Positions 62,282-64,000 of a stretch of 64,000 nucleotides of DNA are shown piece after piece. This stretch comes from Chiloscyllium plagiosum (Eukaryota). Both the position numbers and the translations under genes were made by a program. The stretch is taken from contig NC_057718.1 in assembly GCF_004010195.1 (NCBI RefSeq), positions 103,215,276 through 103,279,275 of the forward strand, written 5' to 3'. Positions within the stretch are counted from its first letter, which is position 1; every line of letters begins with the position of its first letter. The notes under the pieces were generated by a model. That model did no database searches. It was not told where the DNA came from and saw only the letters and a list, made by a program, of their open reading frames with translations.

Positions 62282-64000
62282 AGTTCTAAATTGGAGAAAG
62301 GCTAATTTTGACAGTGTTAGGCAAGAACTTTCGAAAGCTGATTGGGGGCAGATGTTCGCAGGTAAAGGGACGGCTGGAAAATGGGAAGCCTTCAGAAATG
62401 AGATAACGAGAGTCCAGAGACAGTATATTCCTGTCAGGGTGAAAGGAAAGGCTGGTAGATATAGGGAATGCTGGATGACTAAGGAAATTGAGGGTTTGAT
62501 TAAGAAAAAGAAGAAAGCCTATGTAAGGTATAGACAGGATAGATCGAGTGAATCCATGGAAGAGTATAAAGGCAGTAGGCGCACACTTAAGAGAGAAATC
62601 AGGAGGGCAAAACGGGGACATGAGATAGCTTTGGCAAATGGCATTAAGGAGAATCCAAAGTTTTTACAAATACATTAAGGACAAAAGGGTAACTAGGGAG
62701 AGAATAGGGCCCCTCAAAGATCAGCAGGTTTGCCTATGTGTGGAACCGCAATAGATAGGGGGGATACTAAATGAGTATTTTGCATCAGTATTTACTATGG
62801 AAAAGGACATGAAAGATATAGAATGTAGGAAATAGATGGTGACGCCTTGAAAAATGTCCATATTACAGAGGAGGAAGTGCTGGATGTCTTGAAATACATA
62901 AAAGTGGATAAATCCCCAGGACCTGATCAGGTGTACCCTAGAATTCTGTGGAAAGCTAGAGAAGAGATTGCTGGGCCTCTGGCTGAGATATTTGTATCAT
63001 CAATATTCACAGGAGAGGTGCCAGAAGACTGGAGGTTGGCTAACGTGGTGCCACTGTTTAAGAAGGGCAGTAAAGACAAGCCAGGGAACTGTAGACCGGT
63101 GAGCCTGATCTCAGTGGTGGGCAAGTTGTTGGAGGGAATCCTGAGGGACAGGATATGCATGTATTTGGTAAGGCAAGGACTGATTAGGGATAGTCAACAT
63201 GGCTTTGTGCGTGGGAAATCATGCCTCATGAACTTGATTGAGTTTTTTGAAGAAGAGGATTGATGAGAACAGAGTGGTAGAATTGATCTATATGGACTTC
63301 AGTGAGGCGATTGATAAGGTTCTCCATGGGAGACTGGTTAGCAAGGTTAGATCTCACGGAATACAGGGAGAACTAGCCATTTGGATACAGAACTGGCTCA
63401 AAGGTAGAAGACAGAGGGTGGTGATGGAGGGTTGTTTTTCATACTGAAGGTCTATGACCATTGGAGTGCCACAGGGATCGGTGCTGGGTCCACTACTTTT
63501 TGTCATTTACATAAATGAGTTGGATGCGAGCATAAGAGGTACAGTTAGGAAGTTTGTGGATGACACCAAAATTGGAGGTGTAGTGGACAGCGAAGAGGGT
63601 TACCTCAGATTACAATGGGATCTTGATCATATAGGTCAATGGGCTGAGAAGTGGCAGATGGAGTTTAATTCAGATAAATGCGAGGTGTTGCATTTTGGGC
63701 AAGTAAATCTTAGCAGGACTGATACACTTAATGGTAAGGTCCTAGGGTTGCTAAACAAAGAGACCTTGGAGTGCAGGTTCATAGCTCCTTGAAAATAGAG
63801 TCCTAGGTAGATTGAATAGTGGAGAAGGCATTTGGTATGCTTTCCTTTATTGGTCAGAGTATCGAGTACAGGAGTTGGGAGGTCATGTTGCAGCTGTACA
63901 GGACATTGACTAGACCACTTTTGGAATATTGTGTACAATTCTGATCGGAAGGATGTTGTGAAACTTGAAAGGGCTCAGAAAAGATTTTCAAAGATGCTGC
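62282..64000 (+). mobile_element. CR1-clade LINE (HER1-like) ORF2 reverse transcriptase region; 5'-truncated, frameshifted, runs off the window end
   Basis: ORF pieces 62352-62678, 62847-63263 (KSPGPDQVYPRIL, VPEDWRLANVVPLFKKG, PGNCRPVSLISVVGKLLE, SQHGF), 63238-63447 (YMDFSEAIDKV) and 63454-63792 (GVPQGSVLGPLLF, KFVDDTK) are CR1 RT motifs in the correct order, separated by frameshifts and stops. Confidence 0.95.

Noticed and set aside
62282..64000. Active LINE or host RT gene
   Set aside because: Frameshifts, stops and altered RT motifs (FVDD, NCRP, FSEAID); no endonuclease domain or ORF1

Overview
Repeat-rich eukaryotic DNA, inferred to be from a shark or other cartilaginous fish because of its HE1/V-SINE-type tRNA SINEs and HER1/CR1-type LINEs. 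It has three N gaps and no recognisable host gene exon, so it is probably intronic or intergenic. The long ORFs are CR1 reverse-transcriptase remnants, low-complexity tracts or gap read-throughs. Main observation: roughly 35 short elements (about 100-370 bp, often palindromic) fall into three sequence families. All three carry the same minimal type I hammerhead ribozyme architecture, CTGANGA-A-[stem II]-GAAA-[4-nt palindromic stem III]-NUH, with different but self-complementary stem II sequences. Many copies are flanked by 10-20 bp target-site duplications. One family sits directly downstream of a decayed Penelope-like GIY-YIG endonuclease C-terminus (5957-6148). Also present: a 5'-truncated CR1 ORF2 (62282-64000), Rex1/Babar 3' ends, two TA-flanked Tc1/mariner-type MITEs, a solo LTR with nested insertions, a 30-bp minisatellite, a near-perfect 309-bp inverted repeat, and local duplications that may be assembly artefacts. 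Coordinates were read by eye and element boundaries are approximate.
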